This document shows positions 50,686-64,000 of a stretch of DNA of 64,000 nt, in pieces. How positions within the stretch are numbered: position 1 is the first letter of the stretch; each line of letters begins with the position of its first letter. This stretch comes from Utricularia gibba (taxonomy: Eukaryota > Plantae > Magnoliophyta), in assembly GCA_002189035.1 (NCBI GenBank), contig NEEC01000021.1, positions 744,001 through 808,000 on the forward strand. Reading direction: 5' to 3'. The notes beneath the pieces were generated by a model. It saw only the letters and a list, made by a program, of their open reading frames with translations, was not told the DNA's origin and searched no databases. The position numbers and the translations under genes were made by a program.

Positions 50686-50693
50686 AACATTTA

Positions 50694-51117
50694 GGATGTG
50701 TTTAGTTGACAGTAATATGATGAGATGGTTTTATATTAATGAGGATTAGATAAAGTAAAATGGGGTGGAATATCATTTTTTATTCTGTTTGATTAGTTAA
50801 TATGGGATTATGTTATACTATATTCATTTAATTGTATTAAAATATACGAGATTAAAAAAGATAATTTACTAAAATACCTTTTTGGAATTGAAGTCTTTTT
50901 TTCTAAAAATAGATATAGATGTAAGATAAATTTAATTTGGTAAAATCATATTATGGAATTAAGTAAACTAAGGGGTGTGGTTAATTTATATAATTCCATC
51001 AACAAGGGTTTATCAAATACATGTATAATCTCGGGATATATAAATTCGCAAATCAAACACAGTAATATTTAATACCTATTAATTAATACTCCCTTATACC
51101 TCCAACTAAACACTACC
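50694..51117. mobile_element. Tourist-like (PIF/Harbinger) MITE
   Basis: Inverted ends GGATGTGTTTAGTTG and CAACTAAACACTACC, with TTA on both flanks (50691-50693 and 51118-51120). Confidence 0.7.
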
Positions 51118-51277
51118 TTAGTTTTAAGATTTCGTATCCAATCTTTCAAACAATTGATCATTACATATTATGATACTTTATACGATATACATAGAGAATA
51201 CCGAACATTCCATTTATACGGAGATGACTTGAAATCAGGAAGAGATTTCTAGTTTAAAGCCAACATGCTCACAAACA

Positions 51278-52524
51278 TCACTTATCATCATCATCCTTAA
51301 CCTGATTGAAGAAAGGATCTTTGAGAAGATCGGCAGCCGAAGGACGATCCAAAGGGGGCGCGAGGCACTTATCAATGAAGGCCTTCACCTCAGGGTCCTT
51401 GACCTTGCCGATGGACTGAGGCTTTACACCGGCGGTTACCTTTCTGTATATCTTGACCACATTGTCGCATTCTCTGTATGGGAGCTCGCTCGTCACCATC
51501 TCCAGCACGCACATTCCATAGGAGTATATGTCTACTAGTTCTGTGTATTTCTCCTCATACAGCTCAGGAGCCATGAACTCTGGTGTTCCCAACAGAGAGT
51601 GAGCCAAGCGGTTCTTTCCAACTATTGCTGCCAACCCAAGTCACCAATCTTCACCTGTAAACATTGATTTCTTGTTTTTATTTTCTATGATGCAGCCCCA
51701 AAGAGCATGAATGAACATATAATAGATGTCAGTAGTTGCTTCTTCATCCATCAATCTTCTCCTATAAACATCGATTTCATGTGTTTTTTCTTTCTATGAT
51801 GAAACTCCAAAGAGCAAGAATGAAGGATTATAGTAGCAGAAATTTCATTAAACACATCATATAGTAGATATAGTAGTAGAAATTTTATCAATTTCTTGTG
51901 CTTTTTTTTTTCTGTGATGCAACTCCAAACAGCAAGAATGAAGGATCATATAGTAGAGTTCAGCAGTTTCCTTTATGCATCACAGTTGAGTATTGGAAAG
52001 AAAGAAAGAAGCAATCATGCAGAAACATGTAAGTGCTGTTACCTGGCCAATGTTGCCATTAACAAAGATGTTGCTACAGTTCAGATCTCTGTGAATGACA
52101 CAGGGTTCGTGAGTATGCAAGTAGTTCAAGCCCTTCAGAATCTGCCAAGACCACTTCTTCAGGGCCTTTAGTGAAACCTGTGTATGCTTCTTCCTGTACT
52201 CCCTCAAATTCCCAGAGTTGCAAAAATCAGTGATGAAGTTCAGATGGTTTCTTTCTTGATCCCTCCAAACTGAGTACAAAGCAACTATGCTTTTATGTTT
52301 CAGAGTCCCTAGCAAACGAACCTCCGAGTACAAACGGTTAATCATGGCTTCATCATCAGAGAAGTTTCTTAACTTGACTTGATTCCATGCCACCTCAATC
52401 CCCTCCTCTTCATCAAAAGCCCTGTAAACTCTCTTCACAGCTCCAGCACCCAACAGATCATCATATCGCCCATATCTCCCGGTTGGATCAATTTCAACGA
52501 ATGGCTCCTTAACTTGATCCCCAT
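51278..52524 (-). CDS. WNK11: WNK11-like kinase (kinase domain only), one intron; apparent -1 frameshifts at 51635-51637 and probably at the start
   Basis: [62 protein letters not shown]|VKIGDLG(fs)[23 protein letters not shown]; ends [12 protein letters not shown]. The exact start is uncertain. Confidence 0.88.
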
Positions 52525-53280
52525 CCCAAAAACACAATGACCCAAGAAAAGGCTTTTATGGCGTCAGAAGCTCAAAATGGCTACACAACACAAATTAACA
52601 AACCAAAAGCCCTCCACGCTAATCAATCATCATGAAGCCAAATCGCCCACTAAAAATAACAAAAAATAACGGCAGGTATTTCATCGAGCATGTTGCAGGC
52701 ACTAACAATGGAATTACCATTCTACAACGGGGATCTCCAAATAGAGCAGGGGACGAGGAGACATGGAGGGGATAGGAGAACGAGAATACCCATGATGTAT
52801 ATATATTCGGTTATAGTTGTATCACTTTGGACTCGATCATATGCCCATCTTAATCAGAAAAGTTGACGAAGTTGCCTGTTTTTATTTGCAAGATATTTGA
52901 TCTACTACTAGACTTAAATACCAGTCGGCATTGTTGAACCTCTCGAGCTCCACTTCTTCACTCCTATTCCTGCCTACCCTCTTAACCTTACCTCCTGTTT
53001 GTTCCTACAATCTCACTCGGGTGGAGTTTTTATATGGGCTAGTCATCACACACACCCTGTTCCAGGAGGAGGGAATCTGCTCTTACTTTGCATGAAGATA
53101 GATTTCCAAATGGAAAGCTTCAGTTTCAAGTTGTACAGAATACAAGAAAAGAGTTAACAACCAGCAAGAAACATGCCTCCACCGCATCCATTTACATGAC
53201 CAACAAGAAAGAATCAGAAGCTGGAATAGTTACAATACCAGATACTCATACGCTCAAAAGAGGGCGGTGGTACGCGCTGC

Positions 53281-56200
53281 TTACAAAATGCATCCTACAA
53301 CAAGAGCTGTGATCACAGCAGCAGCGGCGGCGGCAGTGGCCACCCTTGTTCTTGGTTGTGATGTTCCTGAGCCCGTTGGTGGTGGCCCTTGTGTCTGTGG
53401 TCGTGGGCTTACCGGTGGCAAAGGCGGCTCGACGACATCGCTTTCGGTAAGAATCGGGCTCGGAGCTTCTGCTGGTGGCAGCCCTGGTCTCGCCAAACTC
53501 ATAAGAGAACCAGGCAGGATGGGGTTCATGTAAACAGGTCTGTCTCTGTATCCCAGGCACCTGTTCCCTGATGCAAAACCAACACATTGTCATGGTTTCA
53601 CTTGTGGGTATTTGATATCTCAAAATGTATATATGCATCAGCTCAATGAAAACAATTTACAGGAGAAGACTTACTTCGGAATCTAGAAGCAGTTGCAGGG
53701 TAGTCGGTAATGAATCCGCTGATATTCATGATAGAGTAGTAAGAGTTCAGCTCAACATATGCATCAGAGAAGAAATCCCATGGCTGAGAAATGAACTCAT
53801 TTTGGAAGAGACGAACATATACAGAAAGATTAAAAGACTGGAGCAGTAGAACAACTCTTGTTTGAGTTTCAAGGAATTGATGATCAACAGGAAGCACAGA
53901 TCTTTTTGTCACCACTACCGCATTGGCTACGTTTCGTATTTGCTGAACCGATGAGTTCAGAGCACCACTGATATCCTCATCAACCAAGTAAACAAGCTCA
54001 TAGTTGCTGCTTCTTCTGAAGCTTGAAAGCACTGAACTATCACTAGATTGAACCAACACCCTCTTTGTTGTCTGGCTATTGTATCCAGATTGGTTCAGAG
54101 CACCCAATACTGCACTAATTACATCTAAACCTTGAGCTCGAGCAAGGTAAGCAACATTCTGTAAGAATAAAACGTTCCATAAAAAAAGAAGAAGCTTGTA
54201 GAGAATCCACTGTAATTAGCATTTGGCATACCTCGACACCAATCAGAACTCCAGAAACAGAAGATGCATTGTTTGCAAAAGCCAGAAAGTCGGAAAGCAG
54301 CATAAAATTGCCCTGATTCTCTGCCCTTGGATTACGATAGAGGTTGTACCGCTGAGCATATGGATTGTAAAGAGCAGCTGCCAGGAAAAAGAGAAAAAAC
54401 AACAGTTTTCAACATCTTGTATGTAAAGAGAGAAAAAATAGTTAATCTTCTTGAAGTGCAGCAATGTTTTAGCTTCTAAATATCAAACTTTTGCTTACGT
54501 CTCAACGTCTGAATTTGGCTCCATGTGAGGTTGTAGGTGAACACTCCACCCTGTATGCCAATGTCCGGGTTGTCTGTTGCCTGGTTAATGAAAGGTGATT
54601 GAGCAACATTTGTCCTGTCCCTGAGATTGATAGATCCTAAGCAAAAGAGTATCCCATCATTAGTGATTTGCACCGGGCAGTCTAGTATATCTGCACCATC
54701 GGAAACAGCTTCCTGGTAGGCGAGATCCGTACAACCAGGATACGTCCCACTTGCTCCCTCATTCGTGATAATTGAAACATTTGCTGCATATATCAACACA
54801 GGCAAAAGATGGAACATGTCAAGTGTTAACAGTTAACATATTGCACTTCATGAGGCCTTAAAAAAGTAATCATGGCATTCGTCTTTACCTTGAATGATAC
54901 TATTTCTCCCCATGTGAGAGTAGCAATCTGCAATAAGCCAACATATTACAAAAGGTAGAAAACCATGACAAATTGATTACTATCAGGTGGAATACTTTGC
55001 TTTGTTGAACCTGCTGGTTACCTATTGTTGCTGATGGTGTTATTGGAAAGTCTGAAAGCACCCCATCAACAGAAAATATGCCGTTGTCGAAGAAAGATAG
55101 ATACTCAGCAACAGGATCATAGTTGTAGTCATAAGCTAAGACTGCATCATTTGCAAAGTTTGAGGCATAAACTTCCAAACCAGCTCTATGAGCTTCAACC
55201 ACAAGAGATGTGTGATTAAGCAAATACAGATTGTCATCCACAGGCCATATGTAATTCTTTGGAACAAGAATGCCAGAAGCAAATGTGGTGATGAATGTAA
55301 GATTACTCAAAATTGAGCCATAAGTTTGGTTAGTTGTAGGCTCCACATCTTCAGGCCCCAGAAACTGGAAAACAAGTCTTGTACTCCTACTAACACGTGA
55401 TGCAATACTTCTTAGAAAGCCAACCTCTGGAGAAGAGATGTGACTGAAAGATACACGTCTGGACGTGGAGATTACATAGTTCCTCATACTCAGATTATGC
55501 CGGCTGTAAAATGCATCATGCTGCACAAGCAAATGGTACATGAATGATCAGAAAAAGACACAATCACTTGTAAAAATTTTCACTGTACAATATGTTGGAA
55601 AGATCCTAAATTCCATACCTGCACATTCAACCATAATCCAGGTGGCAGTGAAGTGGCAACAACGTCTTGCACAGTAAGAATTTGCAAACTGAGACCGTCA
55701 AAATATGGGGACCGTGAAAAAGCTCGCTGGATCACTGCAAAAGAAACAAAAGAACAGTTATCGCTACATAAGGCTGTAACTTTTACACCGGAAAAACTAA
55801 AATCATGAGATAAGGAACACTGAGCCTCCCCGGAGGGAAGAGATTCAGGGCTACTTGAAATACAAATGCATTCTACTGAGATTCCTTTACGTGGCGTGGG
55901 GAAAATCTTGGTTAACTTAGTTAACTCACTATCAAAATTTTAAAAGTTTCGAGTATCCAGGTGGTACATTCTGAATGCTTACAATCACTATCCTAGAGAA
56001 GCACACCATGCGAGCAATGGATGACCTCAAAAGGATGGGTTTTGTACAGATGAAAGCTCCTAATTCACTTAAAAACACAAAGGGATTGGTGCCAGAAGTG
56101 ATAATAAAACGATGAAAACTTACAGGAGACATTACTGAGCTGAAGGAGAGTAAAGTCGCTGGATAACCATCCCTGAACTGGGACTCCGCTGATAACATAG

Positions 56201-56717
56201 GAGTTGTTATTTACCCCATAGACTTCATTGACGTTGGTCACATTTTGAAGACTTATATCGGGCAAACAGACTCCTGCTCCATCTCTCGTAAGTTGGACAT
56301 CACACCAGACAACCACATCAGGTAAACCAGTTCCTACAGCCACCTGATAGGCATAGTTACTAGAATCGGGAAATAACCCTGAAAATCCACCCTTGCTACA
56401 ACTATAGGGGCATCTCCTGCGAATAAATGAGGCACCATTGAGAGATCAAAGATACAGAAATGATATATCACCAAACCCACATAGGAAAAAATTATGATTA
56501 CACATTTTCTTCTAAAATCAGCACGACAACAGAAAAAAAACCAGCCAGAGACGAAGGGGTGGGTGTCACTGCAGCATATCCAAGCAAGGAAAACAACAGA
56601 TCTATTCTCACCACTAAGTGTTTGCCATCTAGTTCTCCCAGAGGTAGATCGTTGAGCAGCAACCAAACCCGGAGATAAGCAAAGCAATAAAACTAACAGC
56701 AACCCCAAGAATGACAT
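53281..56717 (-). CDS. GDPDL: GPI-anchored glycerophosphodiester phosphodiesterase-like protein (SHV3/GDPDL family, two GDPD domains); apparent -1 frameshift at 56390-56392
   Basis: Signal peptide [22 protein letters not shown], then [45 protein letters not shown] and [31 protein letters not shown] Pro-rich stalk and a hydrophobic C-terminus follow. Confidence 0.92.
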
Positions 56718-58332
56718 CTCCAGCTTCCTTCTCCGCTTTCCTCAAGACCCCAACTTTAACGGATAAATGCGAAAATAAAGGGGAACAGCGAAGGCCCAGA
56801 TGTAAAAGAAGAAGAAGAAGAACTCCCGTTCAGCTCAGGTAGCTACAAAGATACTTTTCGCTTCATTACAGGTTGGCACTTGGCTGGAGCCATTGCGACG
56901 GCGTTCAACACGGAAGGGAAAATGCAAATTGTAGATGCGGTGGAGTTGTTGGGGGTGGGGATCTTCGATGGAACTAGCAATATGAATGCTCAAAATCCAG
57001 CTCTAATCACGTTTATACCAAGTCCTTAGTGTGGTGTTGAAGGTGAAACCTACAACTGTAATGAATGTGAATGCGACCATCATTAAACGAATACATACAA
57101 TAAATGAGAAATAATTGCAGACAGTTGTATCTCCTGCCGTTCCATGGCCCACCACCAACCCACATTCGAGGTCGCCTCGCCTCGCCCCTCCGCTCCTCAC
57201 GCCATTGTTTCAATCAAGAAACCTCAGAACTTCCTTTCTGATCATATTATACACACAAAAATGAAAAGTTTGCTGTGGGAATGTCTCTCCTATTATAACA
57301 ATAAATCTTACATTGGTTTTAAAAATTAAAATAATCAAATATATAATAAATTATAAATTAATAGTAATCAATTGAATCTTATTTTTTTGTAATATAATGT
57401 ATATTTTTTTATATAATTAGATTTCAATTTTACTCACACTATCCATCTAATTCTTAATGTCTTTCTCATCATATTACACAACGAAAATCAAAATTTTTCT
57501 ACGGGGAGGACTCTAGTATTAAAACAATCAATTTTACATACTGATTTAAAATGAAATAATTAAAATATATATAAAATAACAAATCATTAATAATCAATTA
57601 AATTTAATTTTTTTAATATAATTTATATTTATTATGTATTTAAATTTTACATATGCTTGTCCAACCCATTTAATCCTTAATTTCAATATGATATCAAATC
57701 ATTTACCTTATAACATAGTTTGAATGATCAAGATAAGTTTCATATTTGTCTGAATTTTGATTATAAAAAAATACAAAAAACATGATAATACATTGATCTT
57801 AAGTGATAAAAATTAAATCTATCTATGATGTAAACATCACTTACAATTACAAAAAAATAAGTATTAATCAGATCAAAGATGAATTCAAATTAAAATCGAA
57901 TATTAGAACAAATAATATTATATTTGATTGAAAAATGAAATAATTAAGTATATAATAAATTACAAATAAATAATTTTAACATCTAATCCAAACACTCCAC
58001 CGAACCTTAGAACCCCAATCTGATGGGATGATCCAGCACTTCTAGAATAAGTCCCCATTTCTATGTCCATCTCCAGATCAGCACTACTGTGGCCCGAAAA
58101 CTTATGATCGGACCCTTGGCTCCGGCAGGAAGCTGCCATCTCTGGTCTCCTTGCTGCCTGTAATGAAAGCATCACTGTCTTTGTTGTCGGGATGGCCTAT
58201 TCCCAGATCCCATTTGCCCATGTAGAACTCGCTCGCACGCACACACAAAAGGAGTAATGTCCGGCTTTACTCAACTGCCCGACTACTCACACTCGTATAC
58301 CGAAACCTTAAACCTTAAATCCTAAACTCTAA

Positions 58333-58547
58333 CGTCGTGTTTGGTAACTATACTGGTATAGATTATACCGGTATAAATTTCTCTGGATTGAAGGGATAAA
58401 AATAAGGAGGGGTGTTGATTAGGATAATTTTATGCTTTGTAAAGAGTAAAAAAATATCTCAAAAAAAATTACTCTCGATTATCAAACATATTATTATTAT
58501 CCGAAATAATGGAATATCTCATGTTATCCTTATTACCAAACACAGCC
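58333..58547. mobile_element. Tourist-like MITE
   Basis: Inverted ends CGTCGTGTTTGGTAA and TTACCAAACACAGCC, with TAA on both flanks (58330-58332 and 58548-58550). Confidence 0.7.
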
Positions 58548-60568
58548 TAAATGACTATATTTCCATAGTAGCATCATCACATAATGTGTACATATTTCTC
58601 CAGTAGTGTTAGATCAGCAATTTGTGAATCATATTTCATCCATGTCAGAAATGTTGCGACATCTCACATTCTATGAATATTCTCACTAAACGGATCATAT
58701 TGTTTCGAAGCTCATTTAGAATTGGTCGTGATGATATATAAAAATTTGGTCATATCATGAAGTCTAGGTTTAACCTTATATGATATTATTTATTTTATAT
58801 CTTTAATATTTACAATGTTATTTTATTTTTTATATAATATTAAAATATACTTCTATTTAATTACATCTCATTCCTATCTTTAATTAATATATAATATCAT
58901 CATTATCATAACTCTATAAAACCTTACTTTTTTTATTTAGCCACTTAACCTTGTGATTCTATGAGGCTTACATTATCATCATGCATCCCTATTTAATTTT
59001 AATATCAAATATTATGATTCATGCTTATTTTTTATAATTTTATTTATTTTGAGAATTCAATTTTTACAATTTTAAGTTATTTTCTTTTTAAAACATATTT
59101 CATACCAAATTATGACATCTTTATTTAATAATATCACTTCATCCATTCATAATTAATATAAACTATCATTACCAACTAGATAGCTTTCAGAATATTGAAG
59201 TGTCCTATATTTTACATAATTATTTCTTACATAATATATTCTTTTCAATTTTATAATAAATTCAACAAACTGAGTTTGGACATATATGATATTCAAAACT
59301 ACCACATTTAAACCTCTCAGATTCAATCAATTCTATCATGATTGAGTTCTATGCAAGACTATATTATATCTATGTGTGTGATAAAAACTGAAATCTGTAA
59401 TTTTTTTTATCATAATATGTGAAAAATAAATAAAAAATGATTAGATTTGTAAACAGTCTTGACCATGTCTTTTCTTAGGTCTCCACTTGACCAAATTCCC
59501 ACACACTATATAAAATTCAAACCTACCTCATTTCAACCTTTGACGCTATGGTCTCACGATCTAATTCTATTTTTCATTTTAATGGTTGTTTTTATTTATT
59601 ATATCCCATTAATAATCGAATATTATTATATTATTTGTACTTATTTAATAATTATTATATTCTTAAATGTACAATTATAATAATATTATCAAATTTCAAA
59701 CCAAAAAAATCGACTAAACCAAACCATAATTTCCGCTTCACTCTATTTTCTTGTTGAACATTCGATTAAAATATATATTCATTTAATTTCAATATTTATT
59801 TATATTTTTAAGACAACAAAATCTCATTGAATATTGTTATTTTCTCCACACTTTTTTTTGGATGTGAGCGCGCGTGTGAGGCGAGTGATTCACAGTATTA
59901 AAACACGTGACGAGCGATGCGACATGTCTCATGGAAAGAGAAATACACGTGATAATAAAATGATTGCATCTTGCGAATTTAAAAGTAAATATGTAATAAA
60001 AGAATTCTTTTAATTTATTAATTATTATACTCTATAAAATGTATTCTAAAGTATTGGTATATGGTTGATTTTCCATTTATTGTAATATTATTTTCTTAAA
60101 AAAATTTCATCTAAATTTTGGATTTTCGTTTTATTCCAAAAGAATATTATTAAAATTTGGTAAATCCAAATTTTAAGCATTGCTATAAATGCAAAGGGTT
60201 TGACTTTTTCCTTTTTTTTTTACCGAAATTAAAGAAGAAAAAATGCCCAGAAAACGATGACCGGAGACATGGGCTTTGAATAGCCCTAAATCCTGGCACG
60301 GGTGTTGTCGGGAGTCAGCGTCCACGTCCATTTCAATTTCACCTTCTCAATTATTACCGCCCACGCGGTGAAAACTCCTTTTACTTCGAGTTACTGCTTC
60401 AAGTAACCGTCGCCCTGATCGAAACCCTAATTACGCTGGATACGACGTCGCACCACGCCAACCCCCAGCGAGCGCTTCGATTTTTCGGGTTGCTCCCAAA
60501 TCTGCGGGATGCTGCTGGAGCTTGCGTGATCCTGGGCTGTGTAGGGGGAGCTTGGGGGAGGAGGGAAG

Positions 60569-62372
60569 ATGTCGGACCTCGATAGGCAGATTGAGCAGTT
60601 GAAGAGATGCGAACCGCTCAAGGAATCGGAAGTTAAAGCCTTGTGTCTCAAGGCGATGGAAATCCTGGTTGAGGAGAGCAATGTTCAGCGGGTTGATGCT
60701 CCGGTTACTGTGAGTAAAACATGGAGAGTGAAGCTCGTTTGTGTGTACTTTTGTTTTTGTTGCTTCGGTTGGATTCGGTCGTTCCGAGAACCTTGTTTTG
60801 TTTGATTCATGAAGGAAGAATGATTCAGTATCATATTGATTTGGTTGGACTATCGGCGTGTGTGCCCTAATGCAGGATGTTTTTCACTTGATTGTGTGTA
60901 ATTTGGTGCAGATATGTGGAGATATACATGGGCAGTTCTATGACATGAAAGAACTTTTTAGTGTAGGGGGAAGCTGCCCACAAACCAATTATCTGTTTCT
61001 TGGGGATTTTGTTGACCGGGGATTTTACTCAGTAGAGACATTTCTGCTGCTTCTTGCCCTCAAGGTTTGCATTTGTCTTGAGTTTGAGTAATAGTTATTC
61101 ATTGAATCTTTTAATGAAAAGTATGCTTATTGGCTTATATATTCGGAATAAAATGTTGGAACTTTGGGAATGCTTAATCACACAGATTTTCATACATATG
61201 ACGTACACATGGATTTGCTTGCAGGTAAGATATCCTGATAGAATTACACTCATTAGAGGAAACCATGAGAGCCGGCAAATAACGCAGGTTTTTTTGAAAG
61301 GCTTCTTTCAGGTTTTGATATTAAATTTTGGTTAAGAAAAAAAATTCATCAACTACCTTGTCTTCCAGGTATACGGTTTCTATGATGAGTGCCTTCGGAA
61401 GTATGGCTCTATGAATGTCTGGAGATACTGTACTGAAGTTTTTGATTACTTGAGGTGATTTCCGGAGTTTTTTTTTGTAAAAATCTCATTTATGTTGGCT
61501 GTGCTAGAATTCTAGAAGTGAAAGATTTAGAGATGATTGATACTTTGGTGTCACCAGTGCTTGATATGATAAATAGCCTCATTTCTGTGATTTCTGCTAC
61601 AATTTTTGGATTACTCTTGCAGCTTATCGGCTCTCATTGAGAATAAGATTTTTTGTGTACATGGTGGTCTATCCCCTGCAATTGCAACATTAGACCAGGT
61701 ATTATAACTATACATTGAGAATTCTCTGTCTTAATTTTATTCATTTTGGTAGTTAACTGTCCTCTGGACTTCAGATTCGCATAATAGACAGAAAGCAAGA
61801 GGTTCCTCATGAAGGTGGTATGTGTGATCTCCTATGGTCAGATCCAGAAGACATCGTTGATGGCTGGGGTCTGAGTCCACGCGGAGCAGGATTTCTTTTT
61901 GGAGGCAGCGTAGTGTCCACATTTAATCACTCAAATAACATTGATTACATATGTCGTGCGCATCAGCTGGTTATGGAAGGCTATAAATGGATGTTCAATG
62001 AAAAGATAGTTACGGTCTGGTCAGCTCCAAATTACTGTTATAGGCAAGAAGAAGACCTTCATCTTTTTCAAAATCACCTTGATTATTTTAATGACCTTCA
62101 GCTGTACTCCAGATGTGGAAATGTAGCTGCCATCCTTGAGCTCAATGAAAACCTCGAGAAGCAATTCCGTGTGTTTGAAGCTGCTCCACAGGTAACCTTT
62201 TTGTGCTCAGTTCTTGTCCCATGCCCTCCCCATATGTTAAATGTTGACAGATTAAGCTGCCACAACCAGATCAAGATATTCACTAGTATTCTGTATATGC
62301 TGATTTATATTTTAAACACAGGAAGCCAGAGGCCCCCAATCCAAAAAGCCACCTCCTGACTACTTCTTGTAA
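60569..62372 (+). CDS. PPX: Ser/Thr protein phosphatase PP4 (PPX) catalytic subunit
   Basis: Begins [47 protein letters not shown], then [27 protein letters not shown] and [11 protein letters not shown]; ends KKPPPDYFL*. Confidence 0.96.
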
Positions 62373-63782
62373 GACTTACACCGGCATGATGTGAAACATT
62401 GGTGCACAATGGAACAGATTGCGACTTCTGCTCTTTTCAAGGAGTTTCGGAAACCTGAGGTTTGGAACGGGATCCCCTTGCAGGAATGGGAGTTCTGAAC
62501 ATAAGCCCCTCTGGTTTCTTCAACCAATAGTTTGCCTATACATACGCATATGGTCTTTTTTCATCTGAGAAGTTTAGGATGGTGAGTAGCAGTTTGCGTG
62601 AGAGATAGAGACATATTAAATCAGCCATTGTTTTTGTGTTTTGAGAATCAAGTCTTCTTAGCCTTACCTGAAAGCGTTTTGATTATAAAAACGTGCTGTT
62701 GGGTTCCAACTCTTTGCTGCAGACACCCAAGGAACAAAGAGGAAGAATGGGGGACAAAATCATTTATTTTGGAACGCATGATAAAGGTGCTTTTTTCAAT
62801 AGTTTATAGCTTGAAGAAACATTAGAGGAGGATTTATTAATAAGTATACATGATTTTTATGTTAAAAATAGTAAATATTTAGAAATATATTTTTTTTAAT
62901 TTAATAATTTCTAAAAATATAGTTGTATCTTATTAAAATTACTGTCTAAAATTAATTTTTGAAAATAATAATAAAATATAAATAAATAGTATGTTTTGTT
63001 AATAGGATTATATGTATTTAAAACTAAGATTATACATATATGATATTTATGTAATGCCCCATTTGAGAAAGGTTGACATAATTACTTTACACAAATATCA
63101 CATTGATTATAGATGAAAAAAAGAATAAAGTACATGCTTATACAAAAGTTACACGAAATTTTTTTTTAAGTACTAAAATTAAATATGTTTGATTTGAAAT
63201 AATTTCAAAATAGATGATTAGTTGTAAATTTCTTGGTTAAAGATGGATATAATATAAAATCATGAAGATTAAATATTCAAAAGGAATAATATTGTATAAA
63301 TAAAAAGTAGATCATGATGATTTAATTAATAGATTTAAATAAATCTAAAATTATAGGAATTTTTTAATTATATATATATAAATTTATTTAAAATTAGATC
63401 CCTTTTTTACTTAAAATCAATTAATCTTATTTCGAATTTTAATAACTAAATACTATTTAAAAAATTATTTCTAATATATCAATTTTATTTTAATATAACT
63501 AAATTAGACCTATTTTATTCTATTCACATAAACCAAATATTAATTAATTATGTTTTTGTGTAACACAATCATGTACCTGAAACAAAAAGAAAACAGTGAA
63601 TAACCCACAGGCAACTAACTAATCATGCTTCTTACCCCAGGACATTTTGAGTGGATCCGAGAGAATTATATCTTCACTTTGATCTTTCGTGTTAATGAGG
63701 AAGACCCTTTTCTTTGCTCGACGCATTTTTGCATTTTGATCCGAACCCAGAGGAAAGCTTATACTTTAAACGCAATCTATTC

Positions 63783-64000
63783 ATGAAAACTTCCAATTTC
63801 CTTTCCTCAATTCTTCTAATTTGGGTTGTTTCAAGTGTCTTTGTGGCATCCCATGAAGAGGGGTCGATCGTTGTGGAGATATCTAACAAGGGACTTGATT
63901 CTCTCAAGGGTTTACTCATACAAAAGGCGGAGTCTTCACTGATTCCTATTCAGTTGCCTCAGATTGAGAAAACTGTGCATATTCCACTTCTGGGGAATGT
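63783..64000 (+). CDS. LBP/BPI-related lipid-binding protein, 5' end (runs off the window)
   Basis: MKTSNFLSSILLIWVVSSVFVASHEEGSIVVEISNKGLDSLKGLLIQKAESSLIPIQLPQIEKTVHIPLLGN: a signal peptide plus the ISxKGLD..LPxIEK.V.IP start of plant LBP/BPI proteins. Confidence 0.8.
   Translation, partial: MKTSNFLSSILLIWVVSSVFVASHEEGSIVVEISNKGLDSLKGLLIQKAESSLIPIQLPQIEKTVHIPLLGN

Noticed and set aside
57003-57329. Small ORFs upstream of GDPDL
   Set aside because: No recognisable family or clean gene structure. More likely promoter or leader sequence.
58304-58331. Interstitial telomere array
   Set aside because: Only four degenerate heptamers. Noted as context in a finding but not supportable as a feature.

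Overview
Gene-dense window of a eudicot plant nuclear genome, with many short introns (about 55-150 nt) and very AT-rich spacers. Recognisable genes in order: PAT1 decapping activator (+), an uncharacterised MAKR/SR-rich-type single-exon gene (+), a group I WRKY2-like factor (+), TFIIH p62/TFB1 (+), pheophytinase PPH (-), cytosolic HSP90 (+), CBL2/3-type calcium sensor (-), CWC15 (-), a HIPP (+), a WNK11-like kinase (-), a SHV3/GDPDL-type GDPD (-), the PP4 catalytic subunit PPX (+) and the 5' end of an LBP/BPI gene (+). The accessory region at about 35.7-48.9 kb holds a tandem array of six minus-strand, two-exon genes for small secreted cysteine-rich peptides that the ORF track misses or mis-starts. 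Each has a signal peptide, a phase-1 intron, a short pro-region and an 8-Cys domain C-xn-C-xn-CxxCC-xn-CxxCC, usually ending in Asn. Four copies look intact, one is frameshifted and one has an in-frame stop. Amino-acid change concentrates between the cysteines. The array also has shared G-box-type promoter modules, two solo LTRs, MITEs and a 387-bp promoter triplication. Seven apparent frameshifts across five genes are all single-base losses in G/C homopolymers, which points to long-read consensus error rather than true pseudogenes. All calls are by eye; no database search was run.
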